From contig NMRA01000497.1 in assembly GCA_002633005.1 (NCBI GenBank), positions 1 to 64,000 on the forward strand: a stretch of DNA of 64,000 nt, written 5' to 3'. Positions 33,201 through 45,820 of this stretch are shown piece after piece (the stretch's first letter is position 1; every line of letters starts with the position of its first letter). The stretch comes from Phoronis australis (lineage: Eukaryota > Animalia > Phoronida). The notes under the pieces were generated by a model. It was given only the letters and a program-made list of their open reading frames with translations. It was not told the origin of the DNA and made no database searches. A program made the translations under genes and the position numbers.

Positions 33201-36200
33201 AGATGGCAAACATCGTTATTTATTCCCACACGTGTTTTCTGGTGTCCATCTCCTAACTCGACTTAGGTGCCTCACAAGCTAAACAATCTTAAAACAAACA
33301 GCTCTCCATTGAGTAAACAACCTTTCTGTTGAAGGTATACCTAGGTCAATTCAACAACGGTATTAATGCAAATAGACTCCACGCATGCCTCGAGTAAATC
33401 AATTGAATGAAAGTATCAAAGCACCATGAAAAGGTAAATAAATCCTAAATTAGTACCAAGATTTAACCAATTGATTACCTGTAGTTGCTGAGCTGACGTA
33501 TATCCTGAGGGTCTTAACATCAGGCAGGCAATGTATATTCACGTTTCCCTGAAGAATCTTTGTAATTTTATCCTTATTTTCTAGCCGCCCACTATCTCTT
33601 GTTTCCGGTCTGAACACGTGCGGAGTGGGAACAGGACTAACAACCATTTTCTTGAAATTGTCGTCATCCGTTTCTTCCGATAAAGTGTATTGGATTTCTT
33701 GATCAACCGTAGAATTCTCTTCATCCCCAGAGTCAATGTTTGAGCTTTGCTCGATGCTCTCGATTTCTTTCACACTCGGTGGTTCAGGCTGCGACAGTGT
33801 TACCCTCTGTCCCGAAGAACGACGAGAGGCCTGTCCTGACTTCAGAATGCTATTGGCTTTTGAAGAACAAGCGCTTTCTTTTCTGACGGCTACGTGAGCA
33901 TTGATTTCTGGCAAAGTACTGGCTGGTTGGAAAGGCACCCCGATTACAGAATGCATCGAGTCGGTGGGCATGCCACGAAGCGGGTCTTCCTGTTTCCGTG
34001 GCGATATCGAACGACTACGTAAAGGCAAGGGGTCCAACAAACGTCTTACGGGGATATTGCCTTCTGACGTTGACCTAGGACCGAGTACTTTATCTCCGTA
34101 GTCGCTGTATTGACTAAATATGTCAACCCGTCTTGACCGTCTCTGTGATGAAAAATACGAATCAAATGAGCAAGGGTGTCTTATCTTGTGTTTGTTCTTT
34201 TTTCAATTGACTCAAAATGTAAACCAAAAATTCATGCACGCTGTATCAAAATACCATTATTTAATCTAATCTTTTTATGACCCAATCGACAAACTTTTGC
34301 CAGTCATTTATATTAGTTCTCTTATGTAGAAAATGCGCTGAAGTGTTGAATAGCTTGTGCGCACAGCTGACCTGTTCTAGGATGAAGTTGTCCTTATAAG
34401 ACCGTTTCTCGTGTAGTTAAGACCTACCGAGTTCATAAATAGCAAAATGCACGCGCACAGTTGTTTATGGAATGCAGTTTCGCTTAAGGTTGTGTTGGAC
34501 CCGACAAAAACGCCCAGATTTGGCTAACTTCGGAACGTCGTATTTCAGAAATGGCTCACTAGATTCATGCGAAACGTTCCCTGCACCTTTTTTGCGAGAG
34601 AAGCTGTCAAACGTAGAACTTTTATGATTTTCGCTAAAAAATCAAAGGTTGTACAAAATAAAAATAAAATGATTATTTTGAAAACTGAAACTCAGTGTGT
34701 TTTGGAGGATTTCATCTTGTACATTTATATGTAATGAAGTTTGAGAATGATATTGACACCCTTATTTTGTTACGGGTGTACCTTTTTGTTAAATTTTATC
34801 AAAATAACAGTGTCGTCACTCATTTAGCGGCAAACTTTTAAAAAGTCAAAAATCGTATTCTACATGCTTTCAGTTTTAACGAAACGTACACATTACGGGG
34901 TTAAAATCGACAGTTTTGCAAGTATTTGGCTACATACATAGACTTGTACATCACGTCCTACATGACCCTGTCTTACAAGTTTAAGAGAATCTGACCAATT
35001 ACCCTTTCTCTCGATTTTCGTTGTCGATTTCTCTCTTTACTCTCGTGAGGCGTTTCATCCTTAGCCACCTCAGCATCTCCTTTGTCGGCCCAGAAATATG
35101 CATTCAGTCGTTTGAGTATTCTTTTATTTAGCTTTTTCTGAAACAACATTTCGTACAAATGATACACCAGAAACAAATCGGTTCCACACGTCGAGTACAT
35201 TTTGTAAACCAGGAGATAAATAAACTCACAACATCCGTTTGTGCCTCATTGCAAAGCACGGAATTTATTCTTAGCAGTATATCTATTTTTGACGTTTTCT
35301 GGTGTGAATTGTTCGTAAGCATTTCCCACAACACAAAAATGTTCGTAATATCGAATACCATTTATGGCTGTCGTACCAGTTCTTCACACCTATAGATTGA
35401 TATCTTAAGAGGCACACGTGATAGCTACTTAAACGAAGTTGCAGCACTCACTTTCATTTTGAAAACGCACGCTAAGTTTCATTGAAGTACGTGATTGACC
35501 ATCAGAGCCATCTCACAAAGCTTTTAGAATAATTTTTCATAGAATGTTTATCAGTGAGAATTGCGATTTGGCGAAAAAAGAGCACTCGACGGGGTATCCA
35601 ATTACAGAAAATGGAGAATCGTCGTCGTTCACCGCACACGAAATTGGACAAGCTTTCAGTCCGTGGAAAACAGCGTGTTGTTTGTTTTATGCACCGAACA
35701 ACTCCAAAATTTCCGCGGTGGCTAGAAACTCATTGACCCTTTTTCTAAGAGGACTTTTACGGAAACCGTTTCAGTGTTTTGATCAGGAGAATACTGAGCA
35801 CCGAGTAAAACAATGACACGATTTAAATGTGATTTTAATCAATTATACGAAAATCGATTTTGTTGGATGCATAATTTGATGATACTTGTATTCATGACGT
35901 GAAGTGAATTATAACAATCTGCGCTCAGCATCTACATAATCTTCAAACAATGGCTCAGTTCAGACTCAAAACTTTACATACCACTCCGCGTGATTAGAGT
36001 ACAAATGTGCAAAGTTACTAGAAACTGTGGTCAATGTTTCAGGGATTAGACCCCAGACCTTGCACCCAGACGCCATTTTGAAGAAAGTAACCTAAGCCGA
36101 ATACTAAAGACGAGCTGTATGCCTAGGTAGGCCCGGCCTAATAGGTAACAACGCAACGTGAAAATGCCATTTCTTTTCGTGAAAAATCGAAAACAATGAG

Positions 36201-39200
36201 CTAGAAAAAAACTTTGAATCCTCATTGTCACAATAACATCGATTATTAGTAATTAGGGCTTAGTGGACATTAAATATGCACAGGTCTGGTGCAAACATAA
36301 AAATGCAAATTGTAAGCCGGGAAAAGCCAGTGTCAATCATGAACGTTATTTGGTGAATGTTTCCTTTTTGTCCCTCCACAAAAAATTGGAATTTAAGATT
36401 AGCTACAGCTTATCTTTAATCTGCACACAACACCCGGAGTTGACTACTAATCACACCTTCAAATGATTAATGATCTTTTCGTCTGTTTTGGCTTGTAAAT
36501 GTCGCTGTTTCAAATGCCAATGACTGCCACCGACTTCATAATCAAGACCGTGTGATGTATATTCCCTGCTGTGTTGACTCGAAGTTGTTGACTTAGACTG
36601 CAACACAGTCTTTTCTTTGCTAATCGGTGGTAACGTCTGCGTCCTTCGCCGGCCATCTTCGGCAGCCTGAAAAGAAAAATGAATGAAACATTAGAAACAG
36701 GCCTGCGGGGATAGACCACGAAAGTCAATTATCAGAAAAAAGATTTGTAACATCAATGAATCGTACTTTTTGCCGACTAAACTTTCGGTGATCGATCAAT
36801 TGTGAACATATCGTGAAGTTATTTCTGCAGATTTTGCACTGCATACTTTTTCCGTGCATCGACAAGGCAGCGAGCGATCTCCTCGTCGGTGTTCCCGTCA
36901 ACGGTAACTAAAGCAGGCCTACCCCCAACTGGGAGGCTCAAAGAGACGGGACAAGTTGCCAGCACACACATTGTATGATGCAAGCTTCGCGTTGTGTGAC
37001 AAAACATAGGTAAATGTTTTTAATGAGGTTATTATAGGAAAAATTACACGCATACATGGCACACGTTGGTGCAATGACGGATGCAAATGGCTTTAGGATT
37101 ACCCTATACGGTTGAACGGACACGTAACTGTTGGACCGAACAACCTACTAAGAACTCAATTGCGTCCGTCACAGGTCAGAGCTTGCGTAAAGACTACCGT
37201 AACACTTCTAATAGTAGCCGGGGTGTTGTATTTGTTTCAGGCGTGTCTCAGCCCGGCCTCTGTAAGAGGGACTGTTTTATTATAGACTTGGCTGGCCAAC
37301 ACATGGTATCGAACGATGGCAAACGAAGAAATTCGCCTTTGCCAATTGTCCGCTCTAAGATCGAATCATTTAGAGGGAGATTTCATTGAGTCCTACCGTT
37401 TATTAATTTTAGCGTAATTATACAGAGCACCGCTTCTACTAGGCGTTTATTAGAGACCTGGCTTCCATTATAGAAGTTTTACGGTTTATGAAGTTGGTGG
37501 GGGCTGCCACTATACTAGTAGGCCTACAGGATGCTAACCTACACTGTCATAAACACACAGTGAAAAAGTCACGAAGCTCAGCGAATGTTCATCTCTCAGA
37601 ATGCAAATGCCATTTTTGCGGAACGACAAAGCCAAGTCTTGCGTTCCACCATACCGTGAGTTGGGTACAACTGTTTTATGACGTCTTAATCTTGTCTGAA
37701 AACATGATATGTTAAAGAATGAGGTTGAAACATGAACCCCACCGTCAAACTGCATGTCAGAAAACTCAACTGTTTCTTTACACGAACAGATGGCTTTTAC
37801 GAGACGTTAATGGCCAGATTTACCTTTATCAAACTCTTAACTCTTGCGTCTATAGGTGGTTGAAGCACGTAGCTCGGTACAGCAATATCCAAAGCGTCCA
37901 AAGTGTGTGAATTCAGAAAACATTTTTCCTTGGATCGCAGCATAACTAGACCTCCCTGTATTATGATAGTCCAACACGCTTAACGACCATTGAGGTAATG
38001 AAGATACAAACAAGTACTATCCCACTCATGGGGTTACAAAAGAACTGTAGTTCCGCTGTCTAGCTGCCTCTTGTTATTAAAATGTGTCATAGCGACACAA
38101 AACAGCCGGAAGAGTTATCATTCGCCGTCTGCTTGACCGACCGAGTGGACGGATGTTGAATGTAATCCCTGTTCTTCTCTCACGGTACTTTCACGCATTA
38201 ATATTGACGTAGCTGTCTACTTTGTAAGAAACTCACGCGCGTGTAACTGAATCGTATAGCGACAGCGTTGTAAAGTAATTATTGAAATGGGTTGCATAAC
38301 AAAATCCTGAATATGCTTGTTCAGCATCGGTAATGAGGATTTTACGATATATATGGGTTGATGAACAAACATCGTGAATCGGAGATCTTGTCAAAACATT
38401 AGTTACTCGCTAGGTTTACTCAACAGTTGATGTGAGTAAATATTTACTCTTCACCACATCTCGAGGTTGACTCGTAGGCCTTGTTATGCCTTACCCATAA
38501 TTTTCCTCAGCACAATATTTATTCTTTTGCGCCCGGGGTGTACTCGACCCAGTTTTCGACATGCCAATTTGAATATATATATTTACCCAGTAACGTTTGG
38601 CATTCGCTTTCAACTCAACCCCACTCGCGGGTTTTCACTCCAACTCAATACGACTTGCCATGCCTTAAATATCCTTTTTGACCTTATCACAACCGGTCGG
38701 CGAAATAGTAACGTAGTGGGAGGCATGTCAAGAACTTTTGTTCACTGAAAAAGTGACCGCAGCGATACATCCCAGTCTGCGTCCTACTCCGCCTAATTGT
38801 ACATAAGGATACCCGCGGGCTTCTACGAAACACGCTGTGTCACTTCATTATAATAATGGGGTCCGCGAGTCGCCATTAGTGATTAGCAACATAAAATTGG
38901 GTTGCCGAATACATACTGCCCTAGGAAAATAAGCTTTGGAGTGGTTGTTGCACGGAAACGGAGCAACGAAAGTCGCTATCTGTTTGCACTGTATCGACGG
39001 TTGAGTGTATGTTCAAAGTAAAATAATTTATTACGACAGACTTGTTGCTCAAGATTGAATCAGGTATCAATTCTTTTTAAGCTCATAATCGGCTGCCATC
39101 GCTATTTGGTTTGGTAGGTTTGGTCAGTAAAATTTAATTATATACAACCGAACAAAATACAACCCACTTTTAGAAATAACTGGTATGTAGTAAAATCAGT

Positions 39201-42200
39201 GGTGTCGCGTTTAATTTTTCAAATGAGTAACAAAAGTTGTTTGGAAAAAATTGTTTTGGGAACAAAATTGTGAGGGTTTGTGTCACAACCTTAGATAACC
39301 AATCAGCGGGAGGTACTTAAAAGTGCGCAAGTTCCGGGAAGAGTTCCGCAGACGCAAGAATCTAGCGTGAGAACCTAGTGCAATCACGTACTTCGCTTTC
39401 AATACATGTTGATATCTCGCTTAAGTCTTGCAAGATATTACGTTTTTGCGAGGTTCTCGTGTCTAAATAACACATATCTGAAAACTTCAACTGGTACATG
39501 TACGAGTAAGCTGTGTGCCTTCGACTTTCTGCTCTGTGATAACTGTGTTCAGTCAAGCCCGACAGCGTTAAGGTTGTTACAAAAATCTGCTCAAAAGATT
39601 CAAGCTACATTTCCGAGTAAGTAAAATATACTATTTTGACCCAAAACGCCTTCAAAGAAGACAACAGTCCTTTTTAATCACCCTACAGATTCCAGAAGGG
39701 TTAAAATTAACGACGATTGAACAGAAAAGTTGGTTAAAATCGCTCGAGCAAAACTGTTATTAGTTTTCTACATAGCTACTGTTACAACCCAAAAATTAAC
39801 TACGGAGTTGGCTTGAATTGCAAGTGCAACCATAATTAAACTGGCAACGTAAGTTACTTGAAAAGTTATGAGGCATGCTTGAAACTGCTCGAGGTAGGGC
39901 CTCGAGGTCCATGCCCGCTAGACCTTTTATATCATAGCCAATACCCTGCGAGTATTTAACCACTCCATGAAGCCTTCCTGACCACCAGTGTACAACTCTC
40001 GGGACAATTTTCATACCGTTACGTTTCTTAACAAACCATAATCCAGAAAAGTAGAAAATAGCAGAAAAGATATTGTAAATGAAATTGAATGCCACGTACA
40101 TACCATACTAAAAACGTTGAACTTAAACGGGTGGTTTAAGTCAAGTTTGTACAAACACCTTTTGTCGACATCTACCGTCGGGTCGTTCCATGTCGACCAT
40201 TATGGAATTAGACAAACAAATTGGAACGGCGGATCTCCATAGAGTTTTTGATTCTCTTGTATAGAAGTTCAGCTTTTGTCAATAGTTACCAATTGCAAAC
40301 CAACAAAAACGTCCATTTAAGCAGTGTTTCCTAATCAAACAATTACTTGGTTTAAATGAGACCACTTTGTACGCAGTTGTTTGTGAGCCATCCACAATAA
40401 GCGAATGATTTTATTTATTTAGTTCATGCAAGCAGTAAATCGGCGCGTCGTCTCTTACTGTACTCGCGTAAGTCACTGACCGTGCACGTGACATCGCCAC
40501 CACGCCACGCTTGTCAATAACAGAAAGCTTGATCGTTTCTCGTGAAAGCAGTTAAAATATTTTTTTAATCAATCGCGCGCACATAGTTGATCAACTGAAT
40601 TGCGCATATTTACTCATAAATCCCGAAAGACGGGCTCCGGAAGGTCTACATTATGAATACAGTAATTAGTCTGTACAATAAAATCGTAAACCTAGACGTT
40701 ATCCTCTTGAAATGCATTTATATATTACTCAAAATGTTGTCATAAATCAGTAAATTTGCTACTGAAAATTTACAAAAGAATCTTTATCTGAGTATTACAT
40801 TTCCATTTCCCAATTCTGTCACGGTCCATGTATTTTTGTAAGAACTTGGAAAACTGGACGTTTATTTTTTTAACAAAGCTGCAACGCATCACGTGATGGC
40901 AATTTTAAGTGGTGTATTTTATGCGACTCAAAATAACTTTTTCTTTCATACTCGCCGACTTAGGGGACAGCTCGTAAAAATATCACTTTTAATGACGGTT
41001 TTGAAAGTAAACATTTCAGATCACGAATTCCACGTCATTCAACTGCCGTGGGATTATTTTGAAGGCGCACTACGAGACATTTGATTAAAAAAAACAAAAC
41101 CTATATTAAGCTCTCTTATGGTTTGATAAAGATGGATATAAAAATCGATTTCTCATTTCAACAGTAAGTTATAACTACGTAGGTTTGCGCTGAAATTAGT
41201 TTTGCGCAAGTTTTAATCCCAATTATGCGGTAACAGTTTCTTCAAGTTGAGTCACGTGATGAAGAGATCCTAAAGTACTCAAGAGCTATCGTTTTTATCT
41301 TTACTTAAATGGCTGAAACCCAAAAGTTTACTCTTATATCTTATCTTATTCTGCTGTTACGATTTCCAGTCTCCACACGTTGCGTTGATATTCGCGAATG
41401 TCTACCAAATAATTTTCAAACTGTTCATTATCAATCGTGGAAATATATTTCTTGAACCCGTCTTATTACTAACACCATCCAAAATATCAATTAAATGTTT
41501 TTATCGCGAAACCGTTATTTCGTGACAATAACATTTTTAACTTCCGAGACGGTTAAAACAATATCCTTTCACCGCCCATACACGGGACACAATGGAGTCG
41601 TTTCTGTTTAATGTTATACTTTGGGCCTATGGCCATATGTATAGATTTCAATAAATCACTGATTACGAATAAGATGATCGTTAGCTCGATCTCCTAAAAG
41701 TTATCGTAATGACAGAGAAGTGTTTTCATACAATTTATCATTTGGCTCTAATAAATACTTGATATGCAACTTACAGATTCGGGTTGTTTTTATCAAGAGG
41801 TCACAAAATATTACATTTTTATGGGTTGATAATGAATAGGTACACAAAATTTATAACTGTATTCAGCGCCATTGACGAGCTCTCGACAATAGCCACAACA
41901 GTGGCTTAGCGACTCGGCAAACATCTCGTCATCCGCAGCAGTAATTTTTTTTGAGAACGCTCACCACAACAAGAAATAGTCCAGACACGCCCCATTCTTT
42001 TGCTGGTTAAAGTAAAGCATTCGTTTGACTGCAAACTATACCCACCACCAAACATTATTGCTAAGGATACAAAAACGTTGTATGCATTTTAAATGTAACG
42101 GTTAAGTTAATAAAATAAAATTTAGTGAAAAGGTAGCTTGATTTTCTAGACGAACTGACACGGATTTCGTTGTATTGCATTCCAGTTGAAGGATTTAGGC

Positions 42201-43283
42201 TTAGCAAATTATTTGTTATATGGTTATGAAGATACGAGTCAGCTGTTCCGGGGTTCATTTTCTCCAAGCAGGAAAAACTAAGTATCTCTTGGAATATGAC
42301 TATCAGTTATACTTTTCGGGAAAATTGTCTGATTGTGGAATTATTTATTGAGTTATATGCATGAACTCATTGTTTCGTGTTGGCAAAGTGCTTTCGTGGG
42401 TCTTCCCTGCCCATAAAAATATACGCAACAATGAATTACAAACTTGTGTCAATATGCAGGAGAGACGCTTATATGGCTAAAAAGGGAAGTCCGTAGTATC
42501 TTATTTGTACTGACAAAGCTGTAAAAGGTGAACTTAACAACACACTTGTAATGTCATGCAGAATCTTTTTTACGTCGACTATTGTTATAGGTAGGAAGAC
42601 CCTACAGCAGTGAGGCTGAGCCAGAACCGTGTTGATACTCGACACTGTCCCGAAAACCAGTGAGGGACAGATATGTGTGGGTCGAAATAGGATACCCCTG
42701 CATTGTATTATCAGGGGCGGATCCAGGATTTTGAGTCGGGGGGGCGGACAGGGCAGAGTATTAGCCAGGATTTTGTCCGTCAGACATTCGCACCCCCGAA
42801 CTGCCAAATGTAATCTGGTAGAATTTTAGGGGGCTATGGCCCCCTTGGGTCCCCTCTAAACCCGAGTCCGCCACTGATTATTACTCCTTTATACACGTCA
42901 CATGTCATAACCCGGGCAAATTCAGATCCCGTGTCTCTGCAAATGGTTCAATATTTGTATGCAACCTCGTGGTATATAAGCTACCAACACAATTAAGGTC
43001 ACCGGGGCCCCCCTTCACATATTTCTCCGTTAAGCCTTGTCGATACGATTATCCTATTACCCTTGCATATGAGTACGCTCTCCTGTTAACGATGAGATTT
43101 ATCTGTGTCAACTATTTGTGTACAGTTACCAAAACAATCTGTTCACCATCCCAAAAACGCGTGGATTCGTAAGAGTCTTACCTTGTGGTCGTCAGAATTC
43201 GCCGAACCAACGTTGGACAATCTCGTCAATGCAGTAGATTTTAACTGTCCCGGAAGAGAAACGTCTTGGACAAAAGTGGCCAT
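20686..43283 (-). CDS. NWD2: NACHT and WD repeat domain-containing protein, NWD2-like (about 2140 aa). Coding exons 43283-43182, 36666-36457, 35137-35003, 34142-33479, 32237-32038, 31779-31259, 30404-30250, 29911-29703, 29001-28766, 27822-27664, 26895-26769, 24694-24595, 24290-20686
   Basis: All junctions are GT-AG with matching phases (6423 nt, open). DUF4062-type start LRIYVSSATTD...IVDLHWG...SFLGQKYG...WYKLDEN; Walker A GQSGSGKT; Walker B LVLVIDSLDQL; SWLPRELPPNVH; WD40 repeats (LSGHSDAITAV...MKLWNL). NWD2 versus NWD1 is judged from remembered motifs only. The three most 5' exons are less certain. Confidence 0.88.
24595..24694 (-). CDS. NWD2: NWD2-like exon (Walker B)
   Basis: DYKGIVNDFDNRICYATKEKPLVLVIDSLDQLS, phase 0 to 1. 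Confidence 0.92.
24898..25337. mobile_element. Non-autonomous DNA transposon, about 30-bp TIR, 7-bp TSD (cttctag)
   Basis: caggaagagataa(a)ccaggaagggacaact ... agttgtcccttcctggttatctcttcctg, flanked by cttctag at 24891-24897 and 25338-25344. Confidence 0.85.
26769..26895 (-). CDS. NWD2: NWD2-like exon (NACHT)
   Basis: NVAVIVRSVGVTTQSTNIRLLLKDILLQLCYTYG...VPD|gtaag. Confidence 0.92.
26997..27166. mobile_element. MITE with TTGACCTATCGC...GCGATAGGTCAA ends (copy at 52783-52957; partial copy at about 105-218)
   Basis: TIRs read directly; internal aaaatggcggcttggaaa...ctgattggtcag shared among copies. Confidence 0.8.
27664..27822 (-). CDS. NWD2: NWD2-like exon (Walker A)
   Basis: FQGRKNLMNLIKSYVLSSCRQPLVLHGQSGSGKTSLV. 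Confidence 0.95.
28081..28240. mobile_element. MITE of the 8305/42712 family, inverted
   Basis: catcggcgga...tggatccgcccctg; internal sequence is the reverse complement of the 42712 copy. Confidence 0.8.
28766..29001 (-). CDS. NWD2: NWD2-like exon
   Basis: LLPTQIKRSLVTWGKDGIDP...HRIYLERMCEEF...EVRAHVHFCHE, phases fit. Confidence 0.92.
29703..29911 (-). CDS. NWD2: NWD2-like exon
   Basis: THLEHEQGLI...QCLWFKREISDI...YLDL, phase 1 to 0. Confidence 0.9.
30250..30404 (-). CDS. NWD2: NWD2-like exon
   Basis: AIVKDVNQKD...WLDLSEKMLQAI...KYFTS, phase 2 to 1. Confidence 0.9.
31259..31779 (-). CDS. NWD2: NWD2-like exon (DUF4062 region with a long charged insertion)
   Basis: SFLGQKYG...EFDDI...WYKLDENMAPSMYILQPI. 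Confidence 0.92.
32038..32237 (-). CDS. NWD2: NWD2-like exon (DUF4062)
   Basis: DSQAESAYLIQHAYPVLKQYSLERGCELQIVDLHWG...VNFI|gtgagt. Confidence 0.93.
33479..34142 (-). CDS. NWD2: NWD2-like exon (disordered N-terminal extension to start of DUF4062)
   Basis: Open 664 nt ending ILQGNV...KTLRIYVSSATT; tttttcatcacag acceptor. Confidence 0.88.
35003..35137 (-). CDS. NWD2: NWD2-like 5' exon
   Basis: KKLNKRILKRLNAYFWAD...KSRER, phase 0-0, tgtttcag/gtaatt boundaries. Confidence 0.7.
36457..36666 (-). CDS. NWD2: NWD2-like 5' exon
   Basis: Strong ttttcttttcag acceptor, 70 open codons AAEDGRRR...DEKIINHLK, AAG|gtgtga donor. Confidence 0.65.
42712..42876. mobile_element. MITE with 5-bp TSD (attat)
   Basis: caggggcggatcc...tccgccactg flanked by attat on both sides. 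Confidence 0.85.
43182..43283 (-). CDS. NWD2: NWD2-like putative first coding exon
   Basis: aaaATGGcc start, MATFVQDVSLPGQLKSTALTRLSNVGSANSDDHK, AAG|gtaaga donor. An acceptor 15 nt upstream (43299) implies a further 5' UTR exon. Confidence 0.55.
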
Positions 43284-44116
43284 TTTGCCGCAAGATGTCT
43301 GTTGATCGAGAGGCAACTTGCTCAGGTTACAGATTATCACTCATTATCTTGTGTAAACGATCATATGGACGTACTCGCAACGGCATTGATTTAACGTTTG
43401 ACAAGCGACACCGAGGTGACCTTCCTTGACAACGCAGTCGGACAATAAGCTGTAATAACACTAATCAATAGACGTCACACAAAATCACGAACAATAATAC
43501 GCTGTTAGCTTCATTGTTGACGGCAGTGAATGCCAGTGAGGCTGCTGTACTGGCCGGGGTTGAAGCAACTCCCGTAGAATATTCACTGTTTTGTTGTAAC
43601 TAGATACCTAGTTTAACTTTGCCCCGAGGGGTGCCACTCCTGGGGTGGAACTACGGCTGAAAAAATGGAACTTCCATCTTCTTGGATTTTTCGACGTCCT
43701 ATCCGCAGTCGCTAACAAATCATTTTTTTTGAAAAAATAGGAACGTAAACTGTTGACCTGTGAGTTTTGAGGTGAAATGTACTTTGGCTTATTGCAGATA
43801 TATGAAGAATTCGTTTTCGTCACATAGAAAGCAGAGGCCCCCGGGATTTTTCAACTCGCCTGAAGAAATAAACACAATCTTATTGGGAACAGTCACGTGG
43901 GACAGTACTAGAGCTGTTTCACCCTAAACTCCGAACTTTTTACCAAGTAAATAACTGAAATTTTCTCCATTTGGTACTCTTCTTGAAATTTTCAGAAGTC
44001 CGTAAAAATTCCCAGATGTTTGTAAAATGTCACCCAATGAAGAGAATCGAACGTCCCGCTACCGTGTGTGGACATCAATCACATCAATCAAGTTTTGGCG
44101 GCAAATTGATCTTCTT

Positions 44117-44140
44117 CCCTAACCCTAACCCTAACCCTAA
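44117..44140. repeat. (CCCTAA)4 telomere-like microsatellite
   Basis: Four exact CCCTAA units. Confidence 0.9.
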
Positions 44141-45601
44141 TCTGAACTGATGACATGCTATCAATGTTTTTATACTAATGACAACGGTTTATTTCTCCTT
44201 TAATTGAACACCTATAAAATGGATGAAAAGACACTACAATAACTCTGCATATGCAGTTTTCTTGCAGGTCAGTTCTTCATACAGCGCCACCACCCGGTAC
44301 ACAAGGTCTTCCAAAAGTTCTATCGAAATCTTGGATGTGGTATAAAAACTGAGTAGTCAGCAAAATATTTTTGAAACTATTAAAAATGCAAACTGGTAGA
44401 ATGATTCCAAAACAATTTTCCTTGACAAATGAGTTGCAAATCTGACGAGCAGACAACAGCGGATATTTTAAATAGAGAATAATTATTAGATATTCAACTC
44501 ATTGAAAATGGCATAAGAAATGGTATTTTCTGAAAGGACTGATAACATTTGTAACACAGGGGAGCCTTTAGATAAAAGCGCATTCACGTGTCATGTAGTA
44601 CCTCACAGTCCTGGCAGGTTAAGAAATAGGTTCATGGCCCACATTAATTGTCACATTTTGAGAAACGACGATATCAGGCCTCTTTAATGATTCAGTACAA
44701 TGGTGACGAAGAGCGAAATACTTAATCTCAGCTGTGTCGACACGCGTTTTAAGTTTGCCTATCTTCAGTGTCAACTGTGGACTCCGGGCTTCTTGTCACT
44801 AAGGTTCAGTTGTTGTCATGTTGGTCATCCTTGAAATCCGGGTCCATTAGCTGTCTTAACATTAAAGAAGTTGTGTTAGAATTTGAATGCATCGTGGCAA
44901 GATATCGCGCAATGAACTGAAACTATCAATGTGCGGCGTAAAAATGTTAGACCAGCTAGCCAACTCATGACATCGGCAACGATTGCCGCCCAGGGCTTTG
45001 CTCTTGGATCGCAGTGGAGTTCATTCCACTCGATCTATAACGTCGGAGTATTTTTTGCCAATTGAAGTCACCAGCCGGCCCGATTTCAAAGGCGGGAAGT
45101 GACGATTTGTAATAAAATCATATTTTGCTGTTTTGTAGTCTGGTTTCATAACTCCAAGAAGTTTGTTCTTATAGTGTTCAACAATTAATAACCCCAAAGT
45201 GTGCCTTTTAGAACTCAAAACCGCATGTGCTATGAACGACACAATTTTGGTAAGCCTCCGATAGGGTCAAGTTTTGGAGGCGTCTCGTCAAAGAAGCAAA
45301 CTTATGATTTAACCGGACTGGCGTAAGATTAGTTTCAAATTCTTTCTGTACTGACTCGGAGGACGCCAATATTATCCAGCTGCCGCCTTTTTATACAAAT
45401 AGGACTGACTACTTATAGAAAACCAGTAACATCCAGCCATATGAGAGAATTCATATAAACATTTTAGATTCGTAGCGAGAGCACAAACAAAGTCCACTGA
45501 ACAACCCGGTTTTTGCCGACGGCAGTTGTGTGAAACAAACGTCTGAAGGTAGTAAGACACAGACCATGCAGTCACGGTGTCCATCAAAGCCATAGCTTTA
45601 C

Positions 45602-45820
45602 CTGAGCAGGGCGCTCTGACGGAAATTATCTCCCTTGTTATGACGTCATTTAGCGATGACGACATACTTGTTTTAACCAATCAACACCTGCGTTCTTTCT
45701 GAATTACAAAGAAAGGCGCGCATTTCGAGAAGGTGTTCCGCCTAAATTTGATCTCATGCAGAAATCAAATTTAATGTGAGGCCCAAGCATCCATTACATG
45801 TGTCAAAGGCACAAAGCAAG
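45602..45820. promoter_or_regulatory. Putative bidirectional promoter between NWD2-like (-) and Myb (+)
   Basis: Minus-strand donor CAG|gtaaag at 45602/45601; TGACGTCA 45641-45648; AACCAATCA 45675-45683; GGCGCGC 45715-45721; TTCCGCC 45736-45742; Myb ATG at 45821. Confidence 0.45.

Noticed and set aside
20686-34142. NACHT/STAND + WD40 as a prokaryotic antiviral (Avs-like) or horizontally acquired system
   Set aside because: The gene is split by canonical spliceosomal introns and matches the animal NWD1/NWD2 architecture.
36819-37007. Additional NWD exon (GGRPALVTVDGNTDEEIARCL...)
   Set aside because: Ends in a stop with no suitable donor; the 43182-36666 junction is already in phase.
44117-44140. 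Interstitial telomere marking a chromosome fusion
   Set aside because: Only four units in one orientation; such short arrays are common in invertebrate repeats.
44700-45030. Separate small minus-strand gene downstream of the E2F/CHR motif
   Set aside because: The ATG-initiated minus-strand frames I checked hit stops within a few tens of codons; no convincing exon.
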